Source: Nitrospirales bacterium (GTDB lineage: Bacteria > Nitrospirota > Nitrospiria > Nitrospirales > UBA8639). From it: a stretch of DNA of 64,000 bases. Location: the NCBI GenBank assembly GCA_965203295.1, contig CBDBCZ010000017.1, forward strand, positions 2,144,001-2,208,000, in the 5' to 3' direction. The translations under genes were made by a program, and so were the position numbers. Shown one piece after another: positions 63,623-64,000 of this stretch. The notes beneath the pieces are model-generated. The model saw nothing but the letters and a program-made list of their open reading frames with translations. It did not search any database and was not told the DNA's origin. Position 1 is the first letter of the stretch, and every line of letters begins with the position of its first letter.

Positions 63623-64000
63623 AAATCTCTGCTGCTGTTACAATGTCACTACAGCTGCACAGCAATACATAGTGTCATGGCAAATGAAGCCCATTGTAGC
63701 CTGGGAACGAGGCTAGCCCATTGCGCAGTAGGTGAAAGAATGACATGAGGCGGAAAGCTGCTGTGTGTGCCTTGAGACCTGACTAGGGGATGTGGCTATA
63801 ATGCTACTCAGCAACGTTCCAGACTACGCCCGATCGTGCTCGTGTTGAACCCTCAACCACATAGCTCTCAGCTGACTCCTCTCTACACTACACTGCTAGT
63901 CGACGTGAGGCAGGATCATCAACTTTTAGGCAATATCAGAAGCAGTTTGCTCCTTCCGCCTATCTAGCAGGGACACATATAGCACTAGTGTCATACATGA

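Larger units (their letters stand above)
43657..64000. repeat. Tandem segmental duplication, copy C (carries Ngaro element 2; runs off window end)
   Basis: Colinear with copies A and B; the window end corresponds to ~18064 of copy A. Confidence 0.95.

Overview
Eukaryotic, repeat-dominated DNA with no intact host protein gene. The repeat families suggest an invertebrate metazoan, possibly a sponge (inference). The window holds three head-to-tail copies of an ~19-20 kb unit (A 1-18869, B 18870-43656, C 43657-64000, truncated), differing by MITE/Helitron-like insertions, deletions and two unrelated Ngaro-type tyrosine-recombinase retrotransposons (32812-38694 minus; 50463-56234 plus). The main unexplained signal is a dispersed minus-strand array of small snRNA-like cassettes. 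Each has ATTCATGCA, a PSE-like ACCCACAAGTGTTTTGAGCA box, a TATA box, a ~22-45 nt variable segment starting ~30 nt downstream of the TATA box, a canonical Sm-site-like AATTTTTGG and a 3' hairpin. This is a U7-like layout with a spliceosomal-type Sm site. The variable segment differs between cassettes and, at three cassettes, between otherwise near-identical tandem copies, suggesting a diversifying guide-RNA repertoire (inference). Decayed p38 MAPK exon fragments are interleaved with the cassettes. Both Ngaro elements show a leader exon that could splice in frame to gag, RT/RH or YR.
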